From assembly GCA_964433395.1 (NCBI GenBank), contig CAYSRY010000003.1, positions 303-33,372 of the forward strand: a DNA stretch of 33,070 bases, read 5' to 3'. Position 1 is the stretch's first letter; each line of letters opens with the position of its first letter. The stretch comes from an uncultured Armatimonadia bacterium. GTDB taxonomy: Bacteria > Armatimonadota > Zipacnadia > Zipacnadales > UBA11051. Below the pieces are notes generated by a model, which ran no database searches, had not been told where the DNA came from, and worked only from the letters and a program-made list of their open reading frames with translations. The position numbers and the translations under genes are program-made. Positions 1 to 9,941 of the stretch are shown piece by piece.

Positions 1-96
1 AGCGGCCAACAGACACAGGGGATTGTCCCAGTGCAGGTAAGCCGCTGATAGCGGTACATAGACAACAGGAATAGACACTCACTGTCAAATCTAACT

Positions 97-132
97 GGTC
101 TACGCTTCCATCGAATGGAGGGGGCGTAGACC
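97..132 (+). other. Imperfect GC-rich stem-loop, possibly the terminator of a gene ending at the left window edge
   Basis: GGTCTACGC (97-105) pairs perfectly with GCGTAGACC (124-132). An inner stem TCCAT (107-111) / ATGGA (115-119) closes a CGA loop. No U-tract follows. An open frame runs from the window edge to a TGA at 46-48. Confidence 0.3.
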
Positions 133-278
133 GAAGATAGACGGTAGCGATGCTGTATAACGATTTTCGAATCTGGGCTGGAGAGTGGGGTCGCATTAGC
201 CAGGATGTAAGTACCATTGGCTGCATGATTCAATTGTTGTTGAATTGAGCATTGAGCGACGTCTCGGGAGGCAGACTG

Positions 279-3200
279 ATGAGCTACTCCAACGTGACGC
301 GGCAGACTGGGCTTGCACTCTTCGCCATGATTTTTGTAGTATTGTGTTTTTCGGCGGGTGCATTTGCTGGGATGCAGATTGATCTCGGCAACTGTCGCGA
401 CGAGTTTGTCCAGCAAACCGCTGCAAGGGAACACATCAGCCTTGAAGCTGCAAACAGGCAAATTGCGCGGGTTGAACAATCAACCGGTAGTCGCATACTT
501 GAAGACTATGAGTTGCCCACAGGGGCCGTAGTAGATTATTACCGCGTTGACGGCACTGCAGAAGGACAACCTGTTGACTACAACGGATCGGCCGTTGTTA
601 CCACCCACGGGTCCCCTTTAGGGCAGTCATATATCCGGCAACAGCGCGTTCGCATGCCGCTGATCCAGCGGGTAGCCAAATGGCTCGGGGATATTTTCAC
701 CCCGAGCAATCAGGCAATATTGGTGCCAGTAGGCATGTTGGGAGCGGGGCAGTCGGCGGAGGCAGTAAGCGCGCTGGCTGGAGCGACTGACACGATTCGC
801 ATCGCGGTCATTGGCGCTGAATTTCCTCCCTGGGACGACAAACCCCCAACCGCCAGTGACTACTATCAAAGTTCCAGGACAGCATTTGGTGCGCTGGACA
901 CAACAGTGCGTGAGTATCCAATGTATTGGAACTCCGACACAAACTTTGATACGTCAGTGGGCGCAGGCGATGATACTAGTGGCAGCGAATGGGCGCCCAG
1001 TGAATATGCAGACAGCCCTGGCGGGCCGTTTGTTGGTGGTGCTGCACAAGGCCTGACGGGCCCCTGGAGCGGGACTACCTCCCCGAATAACGCTACTCCT
1101 CCGACGTCCTATTCAGCTGAGAATTCACGGCAGGGTTGGACGTCTTTCAATTTGCGCAACAGTTGGTGGAACAACCTCTTTAATCTCAGCAACTCCAGCT
1201 CCCTTACGAATTACTATTACGCCAATTCGCATGGCTTGAAGCGAATTGAGGGTGATCAGACATCAGTCATCGGCTGGGTGCGCAGTCATCACTACCTGGA
1301 TCGCAATCCCTATGGGATGAGCTATGATTACGTGCGCCAGCCGGGCACCCCACTTATTCGACCTACCACAGCCGAACCGGGGGATGCTGATTTCATAGTT
1401 CGCGCGAGCATTACTCAAGATGCACTCACCATACTGTTTGGGAAAGATGTCGCGCTCAATTCATCGAGTACATCGTCCACAACTCCATGGTATGTGAGCG
1501 CTATAAGTCTGACGGTTGAACAGGCCGTGTCTGATAATGAAAATCCCGGCACGGAACCGATCTGGAACGGAGCGGATACATCGACCACATTCAACCCGGC
1601 AACCGGCCATTTGGTAGATGCACGGGATAATCGACGCCATCAATGGACCAGTGCCGATTGGCATTATGAGTATGACCCTGATACTGATCCAGCAGAGACA
1701 GATGATGAAGAGATCGAACCATTCGCCATCTACACAGGTCAGGACTGGGGAATTCAAGTCACTCTTCGAAACGCCAGTACTGCAGCCGTCGAAGTGTGCA
1801 CATGGCAGCCAGGGGCGACACGTCGAGTAGGCGATACGATTGTATACCAAGGTTTTGTATACGACCTTCCGGCTGCCGCAGGAAATGCCTATCGCCCACA
1901 GAATGGCGGCTGCGCAGCGCTACCGAACACAACATTCCGCGAGGAAGATGTTTTAGCCAAGTCTGTCGCTCAGACTACGGCGTGGCAACAATATGAGAAC
2001 GGGTCAACAACAGGTTCAGTGCCCGATCAGCGCATGTTTGGTCAGGGCGTGACTGGCGCCGATGGCGATGACTATGGTCTAGGCAATCGGCTGAAGACAT
2101 TTGCCTTCTATCACAATTACTACTACCCAGATACAAGCGGCTATCAGCTACTCAGCTTGATGAATGCCAATGGCGCTCGAGATGACATTGGTGGTACTGT
2201 TGAGGGGACACGGGTCGCCCGTGCTTACCCATTCAATCTGAATGGTACTGCAAATGCAAACAGCGGATTTGACCTCGTAACACCTAGTGTCGTTGCCTTG
2301 GGGGCGCCTGCAAATCTCTCTCCTGGCTATGGGCATGATGCCAATGCAATGATGGTAGATGTGAACCGTGCGATGGCCGACCAAGGTATAAACCTTGGAT
2401 CTCTTGGCTACAATGGCGTGATTTATTTGTTCCCGAACGGAGGATCAGCCTCAGACGAGAGTGATCCGGGCATGCGCATGATTCCACGTGGTGGTGGCGG
2501 TGTCGCGCTTCTGCCCGAAAATGCCGGGCTCGGCCTCATAGCACATGAGACCGGTCATGCGTATTATGGATTTATAGATCTGTACGATCGGGACTTCTAT
2601 AATAACTACATGGTTCCACCGGCCGAACGACCGGATCCTCTGCATAAAATGTGTCTTGCCATGGGACCGTACAGTGTCATGGCCCGCGGCGCAAATGGTG
2701 TCCGCGTGGACGCATACACGAAAATCAATGCAGGATGGGCGACGCCCGTCGAAGTCACCGAAGATCGCTTGAACACGGAGATTCCACAGATTGAAGCTGA
2801 TCTGCGTGAGCCGGTTATTCTGAAATTGCCGGCAAACCCCTATGATATTCTGGAGGGCAACGCGCCCAGCACATGGAAAGAATATTTCCTCGTTGAGAAT
2901 CACAATAAAGCAGGATATTTCGGTGATGCAACCCCGCAAGGCCTCTACATCTACCATGTTGACGAACGCGGTGTGAAGTACATCCCGCGGAATCACCCGC
3001 AGGGGCAAGTTCAGGTTGATGAAGAAGCATTGCAGGTCACAATGGTGCAAGCAGACGGCCTGAAGCAGCTTGAAGAACTTGAAGTTGGCGACAGCATAAG
3101 TGCAAGCACTTGGGCGGGAGATCCGTTCCCCGGCACTTACAATATTCGGAAATTTTCCCAGCTTCCACAGCTCATAAGCGCAACAGGTTCCTGGTCAGCA

Positions 3201-6200
3201 ACTAGCGTTACCCATGGTAACACAATGACTGGCCCACTCGGGACCACAATCCTGCAGCCAAACACACAGGTTGACAGCTTCGCTCGCGTAGTTAACATCA
3301 GCGATCCGAGCCCAACCATGACCGCTGATATTTTTGTAAAACCCCGAGAAATTATCGTCACTGATGTTAGCCATGCACCAGGTGACCCGACAAGCGCCCA
3401 CCCGGATTATCCGGGCATCTATGATACACTCGCAGTTGGCTACGATGGCGCCGATGCGCGGCACATTGTGCAGGGCGCTGAGAAACAGGGCGTCCTTGCT
3501 ATCAAATTGGACAACCCCGAATACAATGGCTCAGACTTCAAATATGTATCAACTGATGATGTCGTCATTGACAGCATAAAAGTTCTGGAAAGTGGTACTT
3601 CACAACAGCAGGTTGGCGAACAACATCCAGTCGTTGAGCAAGCTTACCTTTACCTGGAAAGTAACGGGGTCGAGGGCCTGCAGACGACGTCAGGCAGTGC
3701 GGACGCGCGTATTGGAGTTACAACGCTTGGTTCACTTCAGGACGACTTTGGTGATAAAGAAGAATATGCGATATTCCGTAATCTCGGACTGAGTGTGCCA
3801 CTGAATAGCTCACGTATCATATATGTTGCATACGATATTCGGGCAAATGCTCAAATCACACCTGCAGTCACAGTGGGTGCTGAGCTCAGCGACTACACAT
3901 TCATAGTACCCGCAGCACCGGGCGCTGTTCAGGAACGAGCACGTCTAGGTGCGAAGTGGGCATTCGGAAATCACCGCTTCCCAATCGTTGGTACTACGGC
4001 AGTGACAGTCGAACGCCCCGACGAGCTGCAGATCACCGCCAATCCGCCTGCGCCAGGGGCAGGCGTCGTTGCACCATCTGCTATCAAGCAGGGCATGGCA
4101 AATGTTCCGTTGATGCAGATGCGCATGCATTCAACGGACGATGAAGTCATTGTCGGTCGGATCAAAGTTGACGCAACCAGCGGAGCTGGATATGCAGATG
4201 CCCTCGAGGATCTTACCGGCATCAAATTGTGGCTTGATGTAAATAATGATGGTATTGCAGATCCTGGCACTGATGTCCTGTTGTCAGAGGCCAACTTCAT
4301 TGACATGTCACCGAACAATCCGCAGGCATTGCTGCAGCTTGATGATCTGAGTGATCCCGCGCTGCGCACCATTGTTGCGGGCCAGGATGAATACTGGTTG
4401 CTGACGGTTGACGTTGAGCAGGATGCACCAGGAGCTCAGATTGAGCTGCGGATAGAGAACGTAGGGTATATATCACTCATAACAAACCCGAGTCAGCCTG
4501 GTATTGCAGACTCAGTTGATGGCTCAAACTTCCCGCTTGTGAGTGGTACAGGTAACATCATCGCGCGGCCAAATCCGCCGGTTGCTCCGTTCAGTCCGGT
4601 CAATGACGCGCGCATAACCGATCATTCCCCAACGTTTACCTGGGGAGCGGCAACTGATAATGCACCGAATCCGACGCCGCAGGCCGAGCTCCATTATGAA
4701 CTGAAAATCGCAAATGATCCGCTGATGAATAACATCATTTTCGAATTCAGCACGGCCGCGAACCCGGGCGAAACAACATTCTCATTCCCCGACGGCACAG
4801 AGTTGCCAGACCCAGGCGACTCCGATGTAGAGTTTTACTGGGTACTTTATACGGTGGATGGGGATGCCTGCAGTTCAGATGCTACCAATATCATGCACTT
4901 TACCCTTGTTGGTAACCAGGCACCAAATATTCCAATGTCCGGTTTTTGGCCCAACAATGACATAACCATAGATGATAACACTCCAACCTGTGTCTGGAAT
5001 GCCGTCAGCGATCCGGACCCGACTGATGCGCCGGCGAATATCCACTATGTTGTCCAGTTCAGCAACAGTGGATCAACTCCAGCACTGTTCGATGCTGACC
5101 CGGACTACGAATACACCAGTGCAGCTGGCAATGCTTCGGTCACACCGACTGTACCGCTCGCTGATCTCACGAAATGGTATTGGCGCGTGAAGGCCGTCGA
5201 TGACAGCGGTCTCGCATCTGGATGGAGTCCGATCCAGGTTTTCAATGTGGATATTAACAATCAGCCACCAAGCCTCGCAGCACCCATCAGTGAGCCGATG
5301 TTAGCTCCAGTGTATGGGACATTGGCCACATATTATGAATTGCAGATCCAATATACAGATCCCGAAGGCGATGCACCAGGGAATGTCCGAGTCACAATTG
5401 ACATGGGCACTGCTAATGAGCAGACCTTGACAATGGCAGCTGTGGCTCCAGTAACGCCAACTACCAACGATTACAGAAACGGCGTCCGTTACGCAGTGGG
5501 TATCTCCGGAGCTGACCTCGGCTATGGTATGCACAGCTGGGTTTTCTGGACTGATAACGGAGCGCGCCTGCCCAACAACGCCCCAGATACTGGTGCAGGA
5601 CCAGTTGTCGGATCAGCAGCCGCAATCCGCCTCACCGACATCGCATGGGCCAACGTGACCGGCTACGTAGAGACACCGACAGCCAATGTCTACGTCGAGG
5701 TTTCGGACGTAGATGAAAACGCCGACCCTGCGGCTGTAGACAATATTCTTGTGACCCTCTACCAGTCAATTTCCGGGGGTGATCTGGAGAGTGTCACCCT
5801 CGTCGAAACGGGGAACAATACCGGCGTGTTCCGCGGTCAAATTCAACTGCGAGGAATGTCGGGCACCGCATACGACGGTACGCTCAACGTTTCCGGCGGT
5901 CCCGGTATTCAGATCGTTGCCCAATACATCGACAAAGATGATACCGGCAATCCTGGACTTGCAGATAATGCATCGCCGGACGCTCCATTCGTTGTCGCCA
6001 ATGTCACTGATAGTTACGCCCCAGCCGCTGTGACTGATTTCACAGTCCTAAGCGGTGATGAGGGAACATCGGCTATTGCAGATTGGACATGGGATGGTGT
6101 CAATGGCTACGATGAGGCGGCTGAGATTGATGTCGTCGGCTACAGGGTCTACTACGCTACTGCCGACTTCACCAATACGTCAGACGCCGGTGTGCACATG

Positions 6201-6272
6201 TGGACTTCCCTTGTGCCAGCGGGTACTGACACGGGACACGAATTACTGGCTTGCTATCGTGGCCGTCGATGA
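279..6272 (+). CDS. Giant secreted M6 (immune inhibitor A-like) zinc metalloprotease, N-terminal reading-frame segment
   Basis: The ORF runs 252..6272. The best start is ATG 279, preceded by GGGAGG (266-271). The N-terminus has a signal peptide (LALFAMIFVVLCFSAGAFA). The zinc motif HETGH is at 2544-2558, followed by IDLYDRD, matching the M6/InhA HExxH...DxYD pattern. IRIAVIGAEFPPWDD resembles the M6 N-terminal strand. Three tandem FN3/Ig-like modules lie at about 4560-6240. The frame ends in nonsense (GHELLACYRGRR*) in the middle of an FN3-like module. Confidence 0.85.
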   Translation: MSYSNVTRQTGLALFAMIFVVLCFSAGAFAGMQIDLGNCRDEFVQQTAAREHISLEAANRQIARVEQSTGSRILEDYELPTGAVVDYYRVDGTAEGQPVDYNGSAVVTTHGSPLGQSYIRQQRVRMPLIQRVAKWLGDIFTPSNQAILVPVGMLGAGQSAEAVSALAGATDTIRIAVIGAEFPPWDDKPPTASDYYQSSRTAFGALDTTVREYPMYWNSDTNFDTSVGAGDDTSGSEWAPSEYADSPGGPFVGGAAQGLTGPWSGTTSPNNATPPTSYSAENSRQGWTSFNLRNSWWNNLFNLSNSSSLTNYYYANSHGLKRIEGDQTSVIGWVRSHHYLDRNPYGMSYDYVRQPGTPLIRPTTAEPGDADFIVRASITQDALTILFGKDVALNSSSTSSTTPWYVSAISLTVEQAVSDNENPGTEPIWNGADTSTTFNPATGHLVDARDNRRHQWTSADWHYEYDPDTDPAETDDEEIEPFAIYTGQDWGIQVTLRNASTAAVEVCTWQPGATRRVGDTIVYQGFVYDLPAAAGNAYRPQNGGCAALPNTTFREEDVLAKSVAQTTAWQQYENGSTTGSVPDQRMFGQGVTGADGDDYGLGNRLKTFAFYHNYYYPDTSGYQLLSLMNANGARDDIGGTVEGTRVARAYPFNLNGTANANSGFDLVTPSVVALGAPANLSPGYGHDANAMMVDVNRAMADQGINLGSLGYNGVIYLFPNGGSASDESDPGMRMIPRGGGGVALLPENAGLGLIAHETGHAYYGFIDLYDRDFYNNYMVPPAERPDPLHKMCLAMGPYSVMARGANGVRVDAYTKINAGWATPVEVTEDRLNTEIPQIEADLREPVILKLPANPYDILEGNAPSTWKEYFLVENHNKAGYFGDATPQGLYIYHVDERGVKYIPRNHPQGQVQVDEEALQVTMVQADGLKQLEELEVGDSISASTWAGDPFPGTYNIRKFSQLPQLISATGSWSATSVTHGNTMTGPLGTTILQPNTQVDSFARVVNISDPSPTMTADIFVKPREIIVTDVSHAPGDPTSAHPDYPGIYDTLAVGYDGADARHIVQGAEKQGVLAIKLDNPEYNGSDFKYVSTDDVVIDSIKVLESGTSQQQVGEQHPVVEQAYLYLESNGVEGLQTTSGSADARIGVTTLGSLQDDFGDKEEYAIFRNLGLSVPLNSSRIIYVAYDIRANAQITPAVTVGAELSDYTFIVPAAPGAVQERARLGAKWAFGNHRFPIVGTTAVTVERPDELQITANPPAPGAGVVAPSAIKQGMANVPLMQMRMHSTDDEVIVGRIKVDATSGAGYADALEDLTGIKLWLDVNNDGIADPGTDVLLSEANFIDMSPNNPQALLQLDDLSDPALRTIVAGQDEYWLLTVDVEQDAPGAQIELRIENVGYISLITNPSQPGIADSVDGSNFPLVSGTGNIIARPNPPVAPFSPVNDARITDHSPTFTWGAATDNAPNPTPQAELHYELKIANDPLMNNIIFEFSTAANPGETTFSFPDGTELPDPGDSDVEFYWVLYTVDGDACSSDATNIMHFTLVGNQAPNIPMSGFWPNNDITIDDNTPTCVWNAVSDPDPTDAPANIHYVVQFSNSGSTPALFDADPDYEYTSAAGNASVTPTVPLADLTKWYWRVKAVDDSGLASGWSPIQVFNVDINNQPPSLAAPISEPMLAPVYGTLATYYELQIQYTDPEGDAPGNVRVTIDMGTANEQTLTMAAVAPVTPTTNDYRNGVRYAVGISGADLGYGMHSWVFWTDNGARLPNNAPDTGAGPVVGSAAAIRLTDIAWANVTGYVETPTANVYVEVSDVDENADPAAVDNILVTLYQSISGGDLESVTLVETGNNTGVFRGQIQLRGMSGTAYDGTLNVSGGPGIQIVAQYIDKDDTGNPGLADNASPDAPFVVANVTDSYAPAAVTDFTVLSGDEGTSAIADWTWDGVNGYDEAAEIDVVGYRVYYATADFTNTSDAGVHMWTSLVPAGTDTGHELLACYRGRR

Positions 6273-9200
6273 TGCTGGAAATCCAACCGGTCCGGTTGGT
6301 GTGACAACAGTCAATGTCTTCACCAGTGACGGTCAGCCACCTGTGATTTCTAATCTGTTCCCTGCGAATGGAGCAACGGAATTACCGCTTGGTACGAGCA
6401 TTAGCTTCCGCGTCTCAGACATGGGGAGTGGAGTTGATGCCAGTAGTCTGACAGCCAGTGTGAATGGTGTCGACGTGGCGGCAGATTTCGTGACATCAGC
6501 CGTTTCTGGCAACAATATCGTTGACTTCACATATACACCAACCACTCCATTTGCATGGAATGACACAGTCACCGTTGAGATAGGTATCAGTGACGGGGAC
6601 GCAAACGGTCCGACAAACGCAAATTGGAGCTTCAATGTTCTTGCGGATCACGTCAATCCTGAGGTCACTGATCTGTCACCTGCTGATGGTGCGACCAGTG
6701 TCAATGTGGCTAACAGCATATCGTTCCACCTCACTGACGACAAATCTGGCGTCAATCTCGCGATAGATGCTGGATACATCAATCCGGCCAGCAGCAGTGT
6801 CACGGTTTTGTTTAACGGTGTCGACGTGACCGCTGCCGTAGCTGCCCAACAGGTTGACGGTAATCGTGACATTCTCTGTACATATGATCCGCCAACCTCA
6901 CTACTGTACAACAGCACCTATCAAGTGGATGTGACTGTACAAGATGTCGCTGGCAATGCGACACCCGCAGCCACTACAACGTGGACCTTTGACACGCCGA
7001 CCGATTCCACTGGTGTGACAGTCGACCAGTTCACCCCGGCCAGAGACGCAACTAATGTTCCGGTGACCACAACTATCAGCATGCGACTGAATGATGCGCA
7101 GTCTGGTGTGAATGCGGGCACAATCAAGCTCTGGGTGAACGGGAGCGAAGTAACAGGTTCGATCGTCACGAACGTACTTGGGAGTGCAATCGAGGTTGTG
7201 TACGTTCCCACTGCAAACCTCCCGTATGAGACTGACATCTTCGTTCGCGTGTATGCCAAAGATAATGTGGACAACGAGACAGACATGACGTACAAGTTCA
7301 CAACTGAGGCTGCGCCGACATATGTCATCTCCGGCACAATCCGTACCGCACTCGACCAGCCGGTTGCCGGTGCTCTCGTGGAGTGCAGCGATGGACACAG
7401 CACAACTACCGATGGGAATGGCGCGTACTTGATGACCGATGTCTTGGCAGGCACCTACACCGTTACGCCATCCAAGCCACATTGGACATTTGCACCAACC
7501 TCACAGGACGTGACGGCCGGTCCAGAAGATGTTGCAGGTGTGAACTTCACAGGTACTGAGATAACCTATGTCCTCTCCGGCTATATTGTGGATCGTGACG
7601 ACAACGGTGTTGAAGGCGTCCAGGTGTGGTATGGCGAGCAGTACGTGGAGACGGACGCGAATGGCCGTTACGATATCGCAGGTTTGCGCGTAGGTCAGTA
7701 TACGATTACGCCTACTCTGCAATATCATCACTTCGATCCGGTAAATCGTGTGGCTGAAATAGTCGATGCTGACGTGCTCGTCGGAAATATCATTGCAATT
7801 CCCAACACGTTTAGTATATCGGGTACTATTTATGATAGTTCTGGTTCCCGTGTGCAGGGCGTGGAAATAAGCTATGATGACAACGTGGCTATTACAAATG
7901 AAGCGGGGCAATACACACTTAGCAACGTTGCGATCGGCACGCATACCTTAACGGCTTCAAAGCTAGGTTACAGCCTGCTTCCCGCATCGTTGGAAGTCAC
8001 TGTCCCACCAGATGTAACTGGCGCAAATTTCACGGCCTATACCGAGTTGAGCAATTCATTCTCCTCGGGTACAAATCTGATCGGCGTGCCAGGCAATCCA
8101 ATTGACCCGAATCCAGTGACGGTATTTGATACTCTTGACGTCGCGCGTTGGGATCCGGATGCATCGCCTGGAGCGTATACATTGGCAACCACTTCCGCAA
8201 CCACGAATTTCATGCGGGTTCGCCCTGGGGCTGGCTTCTTCGTCCGGTACGCTAACGCCAAAACCCTGCGTTTCGCCGCAGAGAGCACACCGAGTGACAG
8301 AGCTCTCAGTTTTGGTCTTGGCGTTGGGTGGAACATGATTGCCAATCCGTTTACGAATCCGACTAAATTTGCCGACTTCCAACCAACCATTGCTGGTGGT
8401 ATTCAACCATATGCGTTCATCTACAATCCGAGTACCCATAGCTACGAACTGATCTCGGCACGATCCGGCATAAACGTGCAGCGTGACAATATCCAGCCGT
8501 GGGAAGGTGCGTGGGTGATGTGTGCCGCTGGTGGGTGTTCGCTGAGCGTCTCGCCATCCGTTGGCGTCACATCGATCGACAGTAAACCCGAGGCGGCGGA
8601 CATATCCACCGGGTACGTAATCCCAATCATGGCAACGTCCGCAGGGTGCAGCGACACAAGTAGTGTTGCAGGTGTGGTCCCAGGTGGTGTAGACTACGTC
8701 ATACCAAACCCGCCCACTGCACCGGAAACTGTGGACGTATATTTCACAGCAAAAGATGGACAGCGGCTGGCACACGATGTACGAAGCGAAACCACCGGTA
8801 CGGACAATTTTGAGTTCGTGGTGAGTAGCGCAGTTGGTGCTGGAGATGTAACGGTGATGCTTCCGGATCTCAGCAGTGTCCCGGCACAGTATGACGTACT
8901 GCTGACTGATGTGGATGCAGACAAGACGGTGTATGCGCGCACAATGCAGGCCTATACTTATCGCGCAACTGACGCCGTGTCCACACGGCATTTCCGCATC
9001 GACGTCACACCAAGATCGATGGCGAGTCTCACGGTCTCGACCGCTGCAGCCACTCAGCAGGCAGGCGGGGCGGTTATAACGTACAGCGTCTCACAGAGCT
9101 GTAATGTGAACATGACCGTCCGCAATATGGCAGGCCGCGCCATCAAGGTAATCAGCAGTGGCAAACTGGTTGCAGCAGGTGCAAATACAGAGGTATGGAA

Positions 9201-9318
9201 CTTGAGCAACAATGCGGGCGCCAAAGTTCCTGCAGGCTCATATCTGATCCAGATAGAAGCTGTTACAGGCAGTGGCCAACAGGCGAGAGCCTTGACCCGG
9301 TTAGATATAAACCGCTAA
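6055..9318 (+). CDS. C-terminal reading-frame segment of the same giant surface protease (Ig-like repeats, carboxypeptidase-regulatory-like repeats, FlgD-Ig/T9SS-like C-terminal domain)
   Basis: The ORF runs 6055..9318 in the +1 frame relative to 252..6272. The first ~60 codons (MMREHRLLQIGHGMVSMATMRRLRL...) do not look protein-like. Protein-like sequence starts at NYWLAIVAVDDAGNP (6241 onward). Three Big_5/SbsA-Ig-like repeats lie at about 6334-7318 (PPVISNLFPANGAT, NPEVTDLSPADGAT, TVDQFTPARDAT). Three CarboxypepD_reg-like repeats lie at about 7321-8040 (ISGTIRTALDQPVAGA, LSGYIVDRDDNGVEG, ISGTIYDSSGSRVQG). The C-terminal beta-sandwich reads ...VWNLSNNAGAKVPAGSYLIQIEA... Confidence 0.8.
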   Translation: MMREHRLLQIGHGMVSMATMRRLRLMSSATGSTTLLPTSPIRQTPVCTCGLPLCQRVLTRDTNYWLAIVAVDDAGNPTGPVGVTTVNVFTSDGQPPVISNLFPANGATELPLGTSISFRVSDMGSGVDASSLTASVNGVDVAADFVTSAVSGNNIVDFTYTPTTPFAWNDTVTVEIGISDGDANGPTNANWSFNVLADHVNPEVTDLSPADGATSVNVANSISFHLTDDKSGVNLAIDAGYINPASSSVTVLFNGVDVTAAVAAQQVDGNRDILCTYDPPTSLLYNSTYQVDVTVQDVAGNATPAATTTWTFDTPTDSTGVTVDQFTPARDATNVPVTTTISMRLNDAQSGVNAGTIKLWVNGSEVTGSIVTNVLGSAIEVVYVPTANLPYETDIFVRVYAKDNVDNETDMTYKFTTEAAPTYVISGTIRTALDQPVAGALVECSDGHSTTTDGNGAYLMTDVLAGTYTVTPSKPHWTFAPTSQDVTAGPEDVAGVNFTGTEITYVLSGYIVDRDDNGVEGVQVWYGEQYVETDANGRYDIAGLRVGQYTITPTLQYHHFDPVNRVAEIVDADVLVGNIIAIPNTFSISGTIYDSSGSRVQGVEISYDDNVAITNEAGQYTLSNVAIGTHTLTASKLGYSLLPASLEVTVPPDVTGANFTAYTELSNSFSSGTNLIGVPGNPIDPNPVTVFDTLDVARWDPDASPGAYTLATTSATTNFMRVRPGAGFFVRYANAKTLRFAAESTPSDRALSFGLGVGWNMIANPFTNPTKFADFQPTIAGGIQPYAFIYNPSTHSYELISARSGINVQRDNIQPWEGAWVMCAAGGCSLSVSPSVGVTSIDSKPEAADISTGYVIPIMATSAGCSDTSSVAGVVPGGVDYVIPNPPTAPETVDVYFTAKDGQRLAHDVRSETTGTDNFEFVVSSAVGAGDVTVMLPDLSSVPAQYDVLLTDVDADKTVYARTMQAYTYRATDAVSTRHFRIDVTPRSMASLTVSTAAATQQAGGAVITYSVSQSCNVNMTVRNMAGRAIKVISSGKLVAAGANTEVWNLSNNAGAKVPAGSYLIQIEAVTGSGQQARALTRLDINR

Positions 9319-9398
9319 ACGGGACATGCTCTTTTTCTGCCGATCTGGCACAACTGAAGCACATATCGTGAGACCGATTATTGAGGAGTGAATGCAGC

Positions 9399-9815
9399 AT
9401 GGCCAAAAGCAGCCTGTGGAAGCTACTGCTCGCGATGGGGATCATCGCGTTGGCCCTGACCGGCCTTTGCGGCTGTGGCTCGGACGAAACGGGAAATGAT
9501 CCTGATCCCGGCACAATTGCGGGAACTGGGAAGGTCACTGGTGAAGTATTGTATTTTTCAACCAGTGTTGGGCTTGGAGGCGTTGAGATCGAAATCGGTG
9601 GCCAGACAGCTATCACTGACAGCAGTGGTCACTTCGAGGTAATCAACATCCAGCCGGGTGTCAGCCAGCAGGTCATCGTTAGGCCACCCAATTGGCTGGC
9701 GCTGCCTACGTCGGATCCAATCCTTGTGAATGTTTTCGCCGACCAGACAACGGTTCTGAGCGCCCCGATATTGCTGATCGATTCGGGCATCCAGCCGCCT
9801 GGACCGTGGTCCTAA
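9399..9815 (+). CDS. Small lipoprotein with one carboxypeptidase-regulatory-like beta-sandwich domain
   Basis: ATG 9399 lies 10 nt downstream of GAGGAG (9383-9388). The signal peptide and lipobox-like segment read MAKSSLWKLLLAMGIIALALTGLCGCGS. GKVTGEVLYFSTSVGLGGVEIEIGGQTAITDSSGHFEVINIQPG has the CarboxypepD_reg pattern also seen in the giant protein. Confidence 0.7.
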   Translation: MAKSSLWKLLLAMGIIALALTGLCGCGSDETGNDPDPGTIAGTGKVTGEVLYFSTSVGLGGVEIEIGGQTAITDSSGHFEVINIQPGVSQQVIVRPPNWLALPTSDPILVNVFADQTTVLSAPILLIDSGIQPPGPWS

Positions 9816-9885
9816 GATTGCAAGGCGGAGTTGCGAGCATCTCTCGCAGCTCTACTGCATTGCAAATCCCAGATAAATGCAAACT

Positions 9886-9919
9886 GGCGCCGCCTGCGCA
9901 CTGTGCATTGGGCGGCGCC
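9886..9919 (+). terminator. GC-rich hairpin after the lipoprotein gene (weak intrinsic terminator or attenuator)
   Basis: GGCGCCGCC (9886-9894) pairs perfectly with GGCGGCGCC (9911-9919) across a 16-nt loop. It is followed by ACTTTCTGTGG, which is a poor U-tract. Confidence 0.4.
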
Positions 9920-9941
9920 ACTTTCTGTGGCGGGACTGCAA

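Larger units (their letters stand above)
279..9318 (+). pseudogene. Reconstructed single gene of about 3,010 codons, interrupted by one +1 frame change. This is either a true pseudogene or a sequencing/assembly indel.
   Basis: The two ORFs overlap by 218 nt (6055-6272). An FN3-like module begins in frame 0 (VVGYRVYYATADF...SLVPAGTDTGH) and finishes in frame +1 (NYWLAIVAVDDAGNPTGPV). The second ORF has no credible start or RBS of its own. Confidence 0.5.

Noticed and set aside
166-173. TTCGAATC, a tRNA T-loop-like octamer in the 5' non-coding region
   Set aside because: The flanking bases give only a 3-bp T-stem. I could not build an acceptor stem, a D arm or an anticodon arm on either strand.
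6225-6243. Programmed ribosomal frameshift as the explanation for the split mega-protease
   Set aside because: There is no slippery heptamer, homopolymer run, upstream SD-like stimulator or obvious downstream structure at the junction. An indel, real or artefactual, is the simpler explanation. This is not formally excluded.
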